Below, in pieces: positions 1 to 9,768 of a stretch of DNA of 64,000 nucleotides. Source of the DNA: an uncultured Clostridia bacterium. Its GTDB lineage: Bacteria; Bacillota; Clostridia; Christensenellales; UBA1242. The notes beneath the pieces are model-generated. The model saw only the letters and a program-made list of their open reading frames with translations. It ran no database searches and was not told the DNA's origin. How positions within the stretch are numbered: position 1 is the first letter of the stretch; every line of letters begins with the position of its first letter. The stretch spans positions 2,860 to 66,859 of the forward strand of contig CALWPK010000005.1 of NCBI GenBank assembly GCA_944383415.1, read 5' to 3'. The position numbers and the translations under genes were made by a program.

Positions 1-1116
1 AGTACGTATTCAATCTCGGAAGACGGAGAAGTGATAGCAGGAGATGATTATTCAATAACCAGCATAGGAGATTATGCATTCGGTTTTTGCAAAAGTCTTA
101 CCAGTATAACAATCCCAGCGAGCGTCACTAGCATAGGAAGTTCTGCATTCTATGGATGTAGCAGTCTTAGTAGCATCACAATTCCAGCGAGCGTGACCAG
201 CATAGGAAATGGTGCATTCTATGGATGTAGCAGTCTAACCAGCGTTACCATTGGAGAAGGTGTGACCAGCATAGGAGATGATGCATTCTCAGGATGTACC
301 AGTCTCACCAGCATCACTATACCAGATAGTGTGACCAGCATAGGTAGATATGCATTCTCAGGATGTAGCAATCTAGAATATAATATAAAAGATGGAATAA
401 AATATCTAGGCAATGAAACAAATCAATATTTAGTATTGATAGATGTAGAAGATATATCTCAATCTACATATACTATAGATGAAAATTGTAAGTTTATATA
501 TAATTCTGCATTCTCAGGATGTGACAGTCTCACCAGCGTCACCATTGGAGAAGGTGTGACCAGCATAGGAAGTTATGCATTCTATAATTGTAGCAAACTT
601 ACCAGCGTCACCATTGGAGACGGTGTGACCAGTATAGGAGATTATGCATTCTCAGGATGTAGCAGTCTCGAAAGTATAATAGTGGACGAAGGGAACACAG
701 TATATCATAGTGATGGTAATTGCATAATAGAGACAGGAAGCAAGACATTGATTGTTGGATGTAAGACATCAATTATTCCATCTGATGGAAGTGTGACCAG
801 CATAGGAGAGAGTGCATTCGGTGGATGTAGCAGTCTTAGTAGCATCACAATCCCAGCGGGCGTCACCAGTATAGGATATTATGCATTCGACGGATGTAGC
901 AGTCTCACCAGTGTGACTATAGAGAGCAATTATGTGTATGCCAATGCTGGCACGGGATATAATCAATGTGGAAATCTTTTGCAAAATGCTACAGAGGTGC
1001 GGGTGCTGATCAGTTGCATTGAAGAGGGTAGCACGAATAGTTATCTCGAGGACACAGCGACCTTCACCAAGACCACCTCTGAGGACGGATTGTATTATAT
1101 TTACACAAAAATTTAG
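1..1116 (+). CDS. BspA-like leucine-rich repeat (TpLRR/LRR_5) surface protein, 5' end outside the window
   Basis: Repeated 23-aa units LTSITIPxSVTSIGxxAFxGCSS. The frame is open from base 1, so the GTG at 31 is probably internal. Confidence 0.92.
   Translation, partial: STYSISEDGEVIAGDDYSITSIGDYAFGFCKSLTSITIPASVTSIGSSAFYGCSSLSSITIPASVTSIGNGAFYGCSSLTSVTIGEGVTSIGDDAFSGCTSLTSITIPDSVTSIGRYAFSGCSNLEYNIKDGIKYLGNETNQYLVLIDVEDISQSTYTIDENCKFIYNSAFSGCDSLTSVTIGEGVTSIGSYAFYNCSKLTSVTIGDGVTSIGDYAFSGCSSLESIIVDEGNTVYHSDGNCIIETGSKTLIVGCKTSIIPSDGSVTSIGESAFGGCSSLSSITIPAGVTSIGYYAFDGCSSLTSVTIESNYVYANAGTGYNQCGNLLQNATEVRVLISCIEEGSTNSYLEDTATFTKTTSEDGLYYIYTKI
55..920 (+). repeat. Intragenic ~69-bp LRR-encoding repeats in three clusters
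   Basis: Recurring gtgaccagcatagga...tgcattc...ggatgtagcagtct units. Confidence 0.85.
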
Positions 1117-1149
1117 TTAAACAAATTTTATTTACGATACAGATTTTAT

Positions 1150-1194
1150 AGATTCATAGTCTAAATTCGTAGTTTGGCTATGAATCTTTTGTTT
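1150..1194 (+). terminator. Intrinsic terminator after the LRR gene
   Basis: agattcatagtc...ggctatgaatct stem followed by a T-rich tail. Confidence 0.7.
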
Positions 1195-1449
1195 CATATA
1201 TCTATCAGTTCCTCGACAGTATTCGATTAATATTGGCTAGAATATAGTCATTAGTATTATTTATTGTCATTATATAAATCTATAATATAATGATTCAATG
1301 TCATAGCATTTATCAATGAAACGACATATTATACTGAGGCGTTCAAGCGAGCGTATATTTTTAATTTGTAAAATTGGTTATTGAAGATTCGATAGTTTAA
1401 ATTGTTAATATCGTGTCAAAAATTAATTGAAAATATTTGTTAAATTCTA

Positions 1450-1478
1450 TTGACATTAATTGTATATTATGTTATGAT
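1450..1478 (+). promoter_or_regulatory. Sigma-A promoter of rpoBC
   Basis: TTGACA-17 nt-TATGAT with a TG extended -10. Confidence 0.75.
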
Positions 1479-1573
1479 TGACTAGATTGAACGATTGTCC
1501 CTAGTCAAAACTGTATGAATTCACATCAGTTTTTACATTATGTAGGGGAAACATCTGAATAAGGAGTTTATGA

Positions 1574-4500
1574 ATGAATTCAAACACACTCAACATCAAG
1601 AAAATTAAAAATGGTAAGGCTGAGAGATATAGTTTTGCAAAAAAAGAAGTCCCATACACAATGCCAAACCTACTGAACATTCAAATTGAATCGTATAAAA
1701 AATTCCTAGAAGAAGATATTGGGGAAGTTTTGAACGAATTTAATCCTATTATAGACTACTCAAACAGGGCTGAGTTGTCTTTTTTGGGTTATTCCGTAGA
1801 CAAAACACCAAAATTTTCTTGGGCTGAATGCAAGCGTAGACAGACAAGTTACACTGTTCCGCTGAAAGTGAATGTTCGTCTGTTGGTGAAAGAAACTGGT
1901 CAAATTATGGATCAGGAAGTGTTTTTGGGCGATATACCTTATATGTCTAATGATGGCGGATTCATTTGCAACGGCGTTGAGCGTGTCGTTTTGAACCAAC
2001 TCATCAAGTCCCCCGGCGTTGTGTTCACTGGGGAATTGAATAAATATGGGCGTATGGACTATTTCGGCTCTATTCAACCTAGCCACGGTATGTGGATCCA
2101 GACCGAGCAGGTGACTGGTGATTCTCTTCGCGTGATCGTGGAAAGAAAGTTTAAAATGAGTCTGGGTGTTTTGCTGAAATGTTTTGGCTATACCAACGAA
2201 GAATTGTTGGATATTTTTGCACACCATCCTTTCATCGTTAATACGCTAGACAAGGAGCAACAGATCACTCAAGAAGATGCATTGATCGAGTTTGGTAGAA
2301 GGACTCGTCCAGGCGAAATCCCTAATCCTGAGAACACTTTGTCATACATAAATGACAGATTCTTCAATATTCAACAATACAATCTTGAAAAGGTTGGTCG
2401 TTTCAAATTGAACAAAAAATTGTCACTTGCAAATCGTATTGCAAATCAGGTGGCAGCGGAAGATATAAAATTGGGCAAAAAATTGTTTGTTTCCAAAGGA
2501 GAAATAATCTCGGTAGAGCAAGCAAATGCCATCCAGAATGCAGGTATAAATAGTGCCGATGTCTTGCTGGATGAAAAAGTGGTACACGTAGTGGGAAACA
2601 AGCGTGTAGATTTGTTTGCGTATGCCAAATTGAATCCTGAAGAATTCGGCATCACCGAACTCGTTTATCTACCATTGCTGCAACAGATAATGAAAGAAAA
2701 CAAAGATGATGAAAATGCACTCCGCGCCACTATCAAGGCAAATGCTAGGAAACTTGAAGATTATCAAGTCACTTTGGATGATATCCTCGCAACAGTCAGT
2801 TATCACTTGAATTTGATAGATGGTTTGGGCGAAACTGATGAAATTGATAACCTTTCTATGAGAAGAGTGGCTACTAGTGGCGAACTATTGAAAAACCAAT
2901 TCCGTAGCGGTATGGTGAAACTTCAAACTCAAGTGCGTGAGGCATTGCAGAGTCGTGATCTTACAGACGTTACACCAAATCAGATCGTCAATGCTAGACA
3001 AATCAATAAAATTTTCAAAGAATTTATGGCGACAAATCAGTTGAGTGCCTTGATGGATCAAACTAACCCTGCTGCGAGTCTAAGGAACAAGAGACGTCTA
3101 TCATCATTCGGTAAGGGTGGTGTCAAGAAAGAACGTGCTACGGTAGAGGTCCGTGATATCAACCCATCTCACTATGGGCGTATATGTGTGGTTGAAACTC
3201 CAGAAGGTCAGCCTATCGGATTGATGACTTCGCTCGCAGCCTATGCACGCGTGAATAGATATGGATTCATAGAAACACCTTATAGAAAAGTGGATCCAAA
3301 CACGCACAAATTGACAGATGACATCGTATTCTTGATGGCGGATGAGGAACGTGGACATTACATCGCTCAGGCGACAGTCGATGTGGATGATAAAAATGTG
3401 CTTCAATCTGGATATATTGATTGTAGACACAATGGTCAGACCGCTCGCGTAGATTCTAATATGATTGATTTGATCGATTTGTCACCTAGACAGTTGCTGT
3501 CTGTTGGTGCAGATCTGATTCCTTTCGTTGAGCACTGTGCGGCTAACCGTGCATTGATGGGATGTAATATGCAATGTCAGTCCGTTCCATTGATCCGATC
3601 CGAAAGTCCTATCGTGGGTACAGGTATTGAGCATAAAATTGCCGTTGACTCAGGCGCTCTCATTATGGCAGAGCAAGACGGCGTATGCAAATATGTTTCA
3701 AGCGATTATATCACGATGGAATATGATGACGGCTCGATTGTAAATCATAAATTGCGCAAATTTGAACGAACCAATGAAAAGGCTTGTTTCAATCAAAAAC
3801 CTATCGTTAAAAAGGGCGAAAGAGTGAAAAAGGGTGATGTGCTAGTAGATGGTGCGTCTACACAAAATGGAGAATTGGCACTCGGAAAGAATTTGACTGT
3901 AGCATTTATGAACTGGGAAGGATACAACTTCGAGGATGCTATCCTTGTCAATGAAAGAATAGTGCGTGATGATGTGTTCACATCTATCAGCATTCAGCAA
4001 GTCAGAACTGAGGCAAGAACTACTAAATTAGGTGATGAAGAGATCACTCGTGATATTGCTGGTGTTGGCGAAGATGCGTTGAAGAACCTTGATGAAAATG
4101 GTATCGTTCGTATTGGTACAGAGGTCAAGGTGGGTGATATATTGGTAGGTAAAGTTACTCCTAAGGGAGAAACTGACCTTACTCCTGAAGAAAGACTACT
4201 CAAAGCAATCTTTGGTGAGAAAACAAAGGAAGTCAAGAACACTTCTTTGAAAGTAAAACACGGAGAAGAAGGGGTGGTCGTTGGCGTTGAAATTCTGTCT
4301 AGAAAGAATAAGGACGAACTGGATGCTGGTGTAAACGTGATGGTGAAAGTCTACATTGCGCAAAAACGTATCCTTCAAGTCGGAGATAAACTTGCTGGAC
4401 GTTATGGTAACAAAGGTGTAATATCTGTGGTATTGCCAGAATCGGATATGCCATATATGCCAAACGGTGAAACTGTGGATATTGTGTTGAACCCACTAGG

Positions 4501-5257
4501 TATTCCATCTCGTATGAACTTGGGACAACTGCTTGAAATGCATCTTGGACTTGCTGCCAAATCACTCGATTGGAAAATTGCTAGCCCTGCATTTGATGGA
4601 GCGAAAGAGGAAGATATTAGAGAATTGTTGCGTGCAAATAATCTTCCAGAAGACGGGAAAATGCAATTGTATGATGGTAGGACTGGACTTCCATTTGAAA
4701 ACAAGACGACTGTTGGCGTGATGTATATGTTGAAACTGATCCACATGGTGGATGACAAGATTCACGCACGTGGCATTGGTACGTATGCACTTATCACTCA
4801 GCAACCTCTTGGCGGTCGTGGTCAACTCGGCGGTCAGAGATTCGGTGAAATGGAAGTGTGGGCACTAGAAGCGTATGGAGCATCTAGACTGCTTCAAGAA
4901 ATGCTTACTATCAAATCGGACGATGTGGAAGGAAGGATCAAGACTTATGAGGCTATCGTAAAAGGCGAACCTATCCCAGAACCCGGTATGCCAGAGTCGT
5001 TCAAAGTGTTGGTAAAAGAAATGCAAGGCCTATGCCTAGATGTGAAAATCCTGACGGCAGACAATCACGAACTTTCAATCAATGAAGTCAGCGAAGAGGG
5101 CGATGAAGTCAGTGCCATCGAACCTGTCAACAAGCAGGCACTTGAAGATGTCACAGTCGAATTTGACGATATTCAAAATAATTACGAGAGTGATATCAAC
5201 AGCAGTGCATTCGATGAATCCGCATTGTTTGACGATCTAGATGATTCGGATGAATAA
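1574..5257 (+). CDS. rpoB: DNA-directed RNA polymerase beta subunit (divergent)
   Basis: MDQTNP..KRRLS, ETPEG, GYNFEDA, GDKLAGRYGNKG, PSRMN and GGQRFGEMEVWALEAYGA motifs; AAGGAG RBS. Confidence 0.99.
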   Translation: MNSNTLNIKKIKNGKAERYSFAKKEVPYTMPNLLNIQIESYKKFLEEDIGEVLNEFNPIIDYSNRAELSFLGYSVDKTPKFSWAECKRRQTSYTVPLKVNVRLLVKETGQIMDQEVFLGDIPYMSNDGGFICNGVERVVLNQLIKSPGVVFTGELNKYGRMDYFGSIQPSHGMWIQTEQVTGDSLRVIVERKFKMSLGVLLKCFGYTNEELLDIFAHHPFIVNTLDKEQQITQEDALIEFGRRTRPGEIPNPENTLSYINDRFFNIQQYNLEKVGRFKLNKKLSLANRIANQVAAEDIKLGKKLFVSKGEIISVEQANAIQNAGINSADVLLDEKVVHVVGNKRVDLFAYAKLNPEEFGITELVYLPLLQQIMKENKDDENALRATIKANARKLEDYQVTLDDILATVSYHLNLIDGLGETDEIDNLSMRRVATSGELLKNQFRSGMVKLQTQVREALQSRDLTDVTPNQIVNARQINKIFKEFMATNQLSALMDQTNPAASLRNKRRLSSFGKGGVKKERATVEVRDINPSHYGRICVVETPEGQPIGLMTSLAAYARVNRYGFIETPYRKVDPNTHKLTDDIVFLMADEERGHYIAQATVDVDDKNVLQSGYIDCRHNGQTARVDSNMIDLIDLSPRQLLSVGADLIPFVEHCAANRALMGCNMQCQSVPLIRSESPIVGTGIEHKIAVDSGALIMAEQDGVCKYVSSDYITMEYDDGSIVNHKLRKFERTNEKACFNQKPIVKKGERVKKGDVLVDGASTQNGELALGKNLTVAFMNWEGYNFEDAILVNERIVRDDVFTSISIQQVRTEARTTKLGDEEITRDIAGVGEDALKNLDENGIVRIGTEVKVGDILVGKVTPKGETDLTPEERLLKAIFGEKTKEVKNTSLKVKHGEEGVVVGVEILSRKNKDELDAGVNVMVKVYIAQKRILQVGDKLAGRYGNKGVISVVLPESDMPYMPNGETVDIVLNPLGIPSRMNLGQLLEMHLGLAAKSLDWKIASPAFDGAKEEDIRELLRANNLPEDGKMQLYDGRTGLPFENKTTVGVMYMLKLIHMVDDKIHARGIGTYALITQQPLGGRGQLGGQRFGEMEVWALEAYGASRLLQEMLTIKSDDVEGRIKTYEAIVKGEPIPEPGMPESFKVLVKEMQGLCLDVKILTADNHELSINEVSEEGDEVSAIEPVNKQALEDVTVEFDDIQNNYESDINSSAFDESALFDDLDDSDE

Positions 5258-5382
5258 ACTGCGACGTATGTGATTTGTATTATCTATTAGATTAATTCAA
5301 CTCTAATACAGCCAAACGTTAGATGTAAATATACTCAAAACAATTTACTTGTTAGAAATATACAGTTTTTAGGAGAAATATA

Positions 5383-8300
5383 ATGTTTGAATTAAACAAT
5401 TTTGACTCAATTCGTGTAGGTATCGCTTCCCCTGAGACCATTAGAAGTTGGTCTAGAGGAGAGGTGACAAAGCCTGAAACTATCAATTATCGTACACAAA
5501 AGCCTGAAAAGGATGGATTGTTTTGTGAGCGTATTTTTGGACCTAAAAAAGATTGGGAATGCCATTGCGGAAAATATAAGAGAGTGAGGTACAAAGGCGT
5601 AGTCTGCGATAAGTGTGGTGTAGAAGTCACTCGTAGCAAAGTGAGACGTGAACGTATGGGTCATATTGAACTCGCAACTCCAGTTAGCCATATATGGTTT
5701 TTCAAAGGTGTCCCATCTCGTATTGGTATAATTCTAGATATGTCTCCAAAGCAGTTGGATGAGGTGCTATATTATGTTAGTTATGTAGTGCTTGACCCAA
5801 AGAATACAGAATTTACTTACAAACAAATAATCAGAGATAGAGAATATCGTGAAGCACTTGAGAAATATGGTCCTAACGGATTTAGAGCAGGTATGGGTGC
5901 TGAGGCGATTAAAGAACTTTTGAACAACATCGATCTAGAGAAAGAGCGCGATGAATTGACCGAAATTATGCGCACCAGCAAAGGTCAAAGGAAATTGAAA
6001 GCCACCAAAAGACTTGAGGTCGTAGAAGCCTTTATCAAGAGTGGAAACAAACCTAGTTGGATGATACTAGATGTTATTCCAGTGATACCACCAGATTTGC
6101 GTCCACTTGTTCAGATTGATGGCGGAAAATTCGCAGCATCTGACCTAAATGATTTGTATCGTAGAGTAATAAATAGAAATAATAGGCTTAAAAAATTGAT
6201 TGAATTAGGTGCCCCTGAGATCATTATCAGAAATGAAAAGAGAATGTTGCAGGAAGCAGTTGATGCACTGTTCGATAATGGTAAGCGTGGCAGAGCAGTG
6301 CAAGGAAGCAGACAGCGGGACTTGAAGTCACTCACCGCATCTTTGAAAGGTAAGCACGGACGTTTCCGTCAAAATTTGCTAGGAAAACGTGTGGACTATT
6401 CTGGACGTAGCGTTATTGTCGTGGGTCCTGAATTGAAGATCTATCAGTGCGGACTACCTAAAATGATGGCACTTGAATTGTTTAGACCATTTATCATCAA
6501 GCGTTTGCTCGAACTCAATGCAACCAACAATTTGAAGAAAGCAACTCGTATGATAGATCAGGAACGTCCTATTGTATACGATATCTTGTCTGAAGTTGTA
6601 CAAGGTCACCCAGTGCTACTCAACCGTGCACCTACTTTGCACAAATTGAGTGTACAAGCATTTGAGCCAATCCTTGTAGAAGGAAAAGCAATTAGATTGC
6701 CTCCTCTTGCGTGTGGCGGATTCAACGCCGACTTCGATGGTGACCAGATGAGTATTCATGTACCATTGTCTGTAGAGGCAAGGACAGAGGCTAGAATGCT
6801 TTTGTTAGCATCAAACAATGTTTTGAAACCAAGTGACGGTAGTCCAAATATGGTACCTAGCCAAGATATGATTTTGGGTAACTACTATATCACAGCCATT
6901 CGCGAGGGAACGAAAGGTGAGGGTATGACCTTCGGTAGTGAAGATGAGGCTCAACTTGCTTATGAAAACGGAGAGTTGAGTTTGCAAGCCAAGATAAATA
7001 TTAGAAGGACTGTCGAATTTGAAGGTCAAAAATATACGGGTAGAATTGAAACGACCTTAGGAAGAATCATTTTCAATAGTATAATCCCTCAAGATTTGGG
7101 TTTTGTAGATAGAACCAAAAAAGAAAATATTTTCCATTATGAGATTGAAAAAGAATTCAAGAAAGGAGATTATTCAAGTCTTATCGAAACTTGCTATAGA
7201 AAGCACGGCACTAATCCTACTGTTACTATGATAGACAATATCAAAAATATGGGATTCAAATATTCGACTCTTGCTAGCATATCGTTTTCAATATTTGATA
7301 TTCTTGAAGCAAAAGAGAAAGATCAAATGATTGAAGATGCTGATAAAGTTGTCAAACAAAATGATTCTATGTATATGCAAGGTTTCATCAGTTATAATGA
7401 TAAGAAATCAAAGAATATCGCTATTTGGGAAGAGACTGCTAATAAAGTTATGAAAGTGACTAGTGGAGAATTTGACAAATTCAATCCATTGAAAGTCATC
7501 ATTACATCAAAAGCACGTGGTGGTGAAGACTCATTGAAACAACTTAGCGGTATGTTGGGTAATATGGCATCTGCTAGTGGTGGAGATAGTGATGTGCCGG
7601 TTAAGTCGAACTTTAGACGTGGACTAAGTTCACTAGAATATTATAGTGCGGCACGTGGTAGCCGTAAACAGTTGATGGATACAGCGCTCAAGACTGCTGA
7701 CTCAGGATATTTGACAAGAAGGCTTGTAGATATTGCTCAGGATACTACTGTCACAGAAGAAGATTGTTTCGCAAATCTTGGCGAATCAGTGAAAGGTATT
7801 GAAGTGACTGCAATTATTAGTAATGGTGCAGAAGTTGAGTCATTGTTCAATCGAATTGTTGGAAGATTTACTTCAGCGCCTGTAATTGATCCTAAGACTA
7901 AGAAAGAAATATGTGGTGAAGACGTATTCATCACCAATGAATTGGCACAAGAAATTGTTAATGCCGGTATTGAAAAAGTTCAAATTAGAAGTTTGCTAAC
8001 CTGCAAAGCGAAATCTGGCGTGTGTGCTAAATGTTATGGTAGAGATATGTCTACAAATGATATTGTCCACGTAGGAGAGGCGGTTGGTGTCATCGCGGCT
8101 CAATCAATCGGTGAACCTGGTACGCAGTTGGTGCTTCGTACGTTCCACAGCGGTGGTACAGCGTCTGCGGATATCACTACAGGTCTTCCAAGAGTAGAAG
8201 AAATATTCGAAGCACGAAATCCTAAAGGTGCTGCTGTGATGTGTGACATCGGCGGAAAGGTGACTATCAACCAGGTAGACAAACGATACGAAGTTGTCAT

Positions 8301-8949
8301 CAAGGGTAGCACGGATGAGAGTTATCTATTGCCATTTGGCTCAGTGTTGAAAGTGAAAAACGGCGATACCGTGACTCCAGGTACAGCGCTCACAGAAGGA
8401 CCTTTGAATCCAAAAGATGTGTTGCGTACGCGTGGTGTGAAGGCTGTTCAAGAATATCTTTTGAATGAAGTATTAGAGGTTTATAAATCTCAGTCAGTTT
8501 CAATCAACGCGAAACACCTAGAAGTAATTATTAAACAAATGTTACGTAAGGTTAAGATTGAAAATTCTGGAGATACAGATTTGTTGCCTGGCGACATTGT
8601 AGATATCAAAGTATATGAGGATGCAAACTTGAAAACGTTACAAGAAGGCGGAGTCCCTGCCACTGCAAAACGTGAATTGCAGGGTATCACAAAGGCGTCT
8701 TTGACTACAGAGAGTTTCTTGTCTGCGGCATCATTCCAGGAATCAAGCAATGTATTGACAGAGGCTGCATTGAAAGGAAAAATAGATCACTTAGTTGGTT
8801 TGAAAGAAAACATCTTGATTGGAAAGATGATCCCAGCAGGTACTGGTGCTCCAATCTATAGGAATCTTCTTCCAAAGCAAATTAAGGATGACAATTCGTC
8901 TTTTGCAAGTCAAGATGTAGATATCAAATTTAGTGATATTGAAGATTAG
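5383..8949 (+). CDS. rpoC: DNA-directed RNA polymerase beta' subunit (divergent)
   Basis: N-terminal Zn ribbon, [18 protein letters not shown], catalytic NADFDGD, GYLTRRL and [11 protein letters not shown]; AGGAG RBS. Confidence 0.99.
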   Translation: MFELNNFDSIRVGIASPETIRSWSRGEVTKPETINYRTQKPEKDGLFCERIFGPKKDWECHCGKYKRVRYKGVVCDKCGVEVTRSKVRRERMGHIELATPVSHIWFFKGVPSRIGIILDMSPKQLDEVLYYVSYVVLDPKNTEFTYKQIIRDREYREALEKYGPNGFRAGMGAEAIKELLNNIDLEKERDELTEIMRTSKGQRKLKATKRLEVVEAFIKSGNKPSWMILDVIPVIPPDLRPLVQIDGGKFAASDLNDLYRRVINRNNRLKKLIELGAPEIIIRNEKRMLQEAVDALFDNGKRGRAVQGSRQRDLKSLTASLKGKHGRFRQNLLGKRVDYSGRSVIVVGPELKIYQCGLPKMMALELFRPFIIKRLLELNATNNLKKATRMIDQERPIVYDILSEVVQGHPVLLNRAPTLHKLSVQAFEPILVEGKAIRLPPLACGGFNADFDGDQMSIHVPLSVEARTEARMLLLASNNVLKPSDGSPNMVPSQDMILGNYYITAIREGTKGEGMTFGSEDEAQLAYENGELSLQAKINIRRTVEFEGQKYTGRIETTLGRIIFNSIIPQDLGFVDRTKKENIFHYEIEKEFKKGDYSSLIETCYRKHGTNPTVTMIDNIKNMGFKYSTLASISFSIFDILEAKEKDQMIEDADKVVKQNDSMYMQGFISYNDKKSKNIAIWEETANKVMKVTSGEFDKFNPLKVIITSKARGGEDSLKQLSGMLGNMASASGGDSDVPVKSNFRRGLSSLEYYSAARGSRKQLMDTALKTADSGYLTRRLVDIAQDTTVTEEDCFANLGESVKGIEVTAIISNGAEVESLFNRIVGRFTSAPVIDPKTKKEICGEDVFITNELAQEIVNAGIEKVQIRSLLTCKAKSGVCAKCYGRDMSTNDIVHVGEAVGVIAAQSIGEPGTQLVLRTFHSGGTASADITTGLPRVEEIFEARNPKGAAVMCDIGGKVTINQVDKRYEVVIKGSTDESYLLPFGSVLKVKNGDTVTPGTALTEGPLNPKDVLRTRGVKAVQEYLLNEVLEVYKSQSVSINAKHLEVIIKQMLRKVKIENSGDTDLLPGDIVDIKVYEDANLKTLQEGGVPATAKRELQGITKASLTTESFLSAASFQESSNVLTEAALKGKIDHLVGLKENILIGKMIPAGTGAPIYRNLLPKQIKDDNSSFASQDVDIKFSDIED

Positions 8950-8960
8950 TTTCAAAATGA

Positions 8961-8999
8961 AATCTCACGAAAGTAATTCGCTTTTAGTGAGATTTTTTT
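8961..8999 (+). terminator. Intrinsic terminator of rpoBC
   Basis: aatctcacgaaag...cttttagtgagatt stem followed by a T run. Confidence 0.75.
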
Positions 9000-9239
9000 A
9001 TCTTTTTAATAAAGCGTGGTATATTTAATTTAACCTTAAGATTTTAATTTGAAAAAATATTTACTTTAAAATATAGACTTCCAATTTTGTATAAATTTTA
9101 TTAAAATAGAACTTTAATTGGTTTAAAACATCTATTTTATAGTATTTTATTTAATTTAATTATTTATTAAAAAATATTATAAAACTATTTACAAATTAAA
9201 ATTTTTGTGGTATTATGTAGTCATAAATAAGGAGGAATT

Positions 9240-9620
9240 ATGAGAAAACAAACATCAAAAAATAATGAATTAAAATCCTCAAACAAAGCAAATACAAATA
9301 AAACTCCTGCTCGTGTCCTCGTTGCTGGCAGACTAGCATTTATTCGTGCAAGATTGAGATTATTGAACCGTATGAAAGCCACTGCTGTGGTGAATAATGG
9401 TAATGCTACTTCACCTATTGATTTAGAGGTCGCTAGAGGCATATTTAACTCAAATAGAGCCAGAACCGCGTATTTATCCGAATCTCAAATTAGTGGAAAT
9501 TCAATAAATCCACAAAAAATTGAAAGTTATCTCGCTTCTTTATTGAATGAAGCAAAAGAATTAGAAACTACTTCTTCTACGATTTCAAATCACGAAAATC
9601 TATTAGTTAATACTATTTAG
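9240..9620 (+). CDS. Hypothetical protein with a basic N-terminal half
   Basis: Strong AAGGAGG RBS, own TTTACA-17-TATTAT promoter and a downstream terminator; no recognised motif. Confidence 0.75.
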   Translation: MRKQTSKNNELKSSNKANTNKTPARVLVAGRLAFIRARLRLLNRMKATAVVNNGNATSPIDLEVARGIFNSNRARTAYLSESQISGNSINPQKIESYLASLLNEAKELETTSSTISNHENLLVNTI

Positions 9621-9624
9621 CATA

Positions 9625-9650
9625 AACTCCTAATTGGGAGTTTTTTGTTT
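9625..9650 (+). terminator. Intrinsic terminator
   Basis: aaactcc-taattg-ggagttt stem followed by a T run. Confidence 0.7.
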
Positions 9651-9768
9651 GCGAAATGATAAATAAATTTATAATTCAAGACTTCTTATGCATAGTAAAT
9701 ATATGGATAATTTTATAGGTTTATTTATTTGTCTTGACCAAAATAAAAAAATATATTAATATTAAAAA

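Noticed and set aside
55-920. Regular repeats that might be a CRISPR array
   Set aside because: They are in-frame 69-bp coding units of an LRR protein, with no unique spacers and no cas genes.
1760-8750. Many short antisense ORFs inside rpoB and rpoC, and likewise in groEL, valS, tig, clpX and the giant gene
   Set aside because: These are shadow frames of long conserved genes with no recognisable motifs.
1574-8949. Codon reassignment as the cause of the odd RNAP residues
   Set aside because: AGG and CGG occur at conserved Arg positions (DDVEGR and QRDLKSL), and the unusual residues use many different codons, so the standard code fits.
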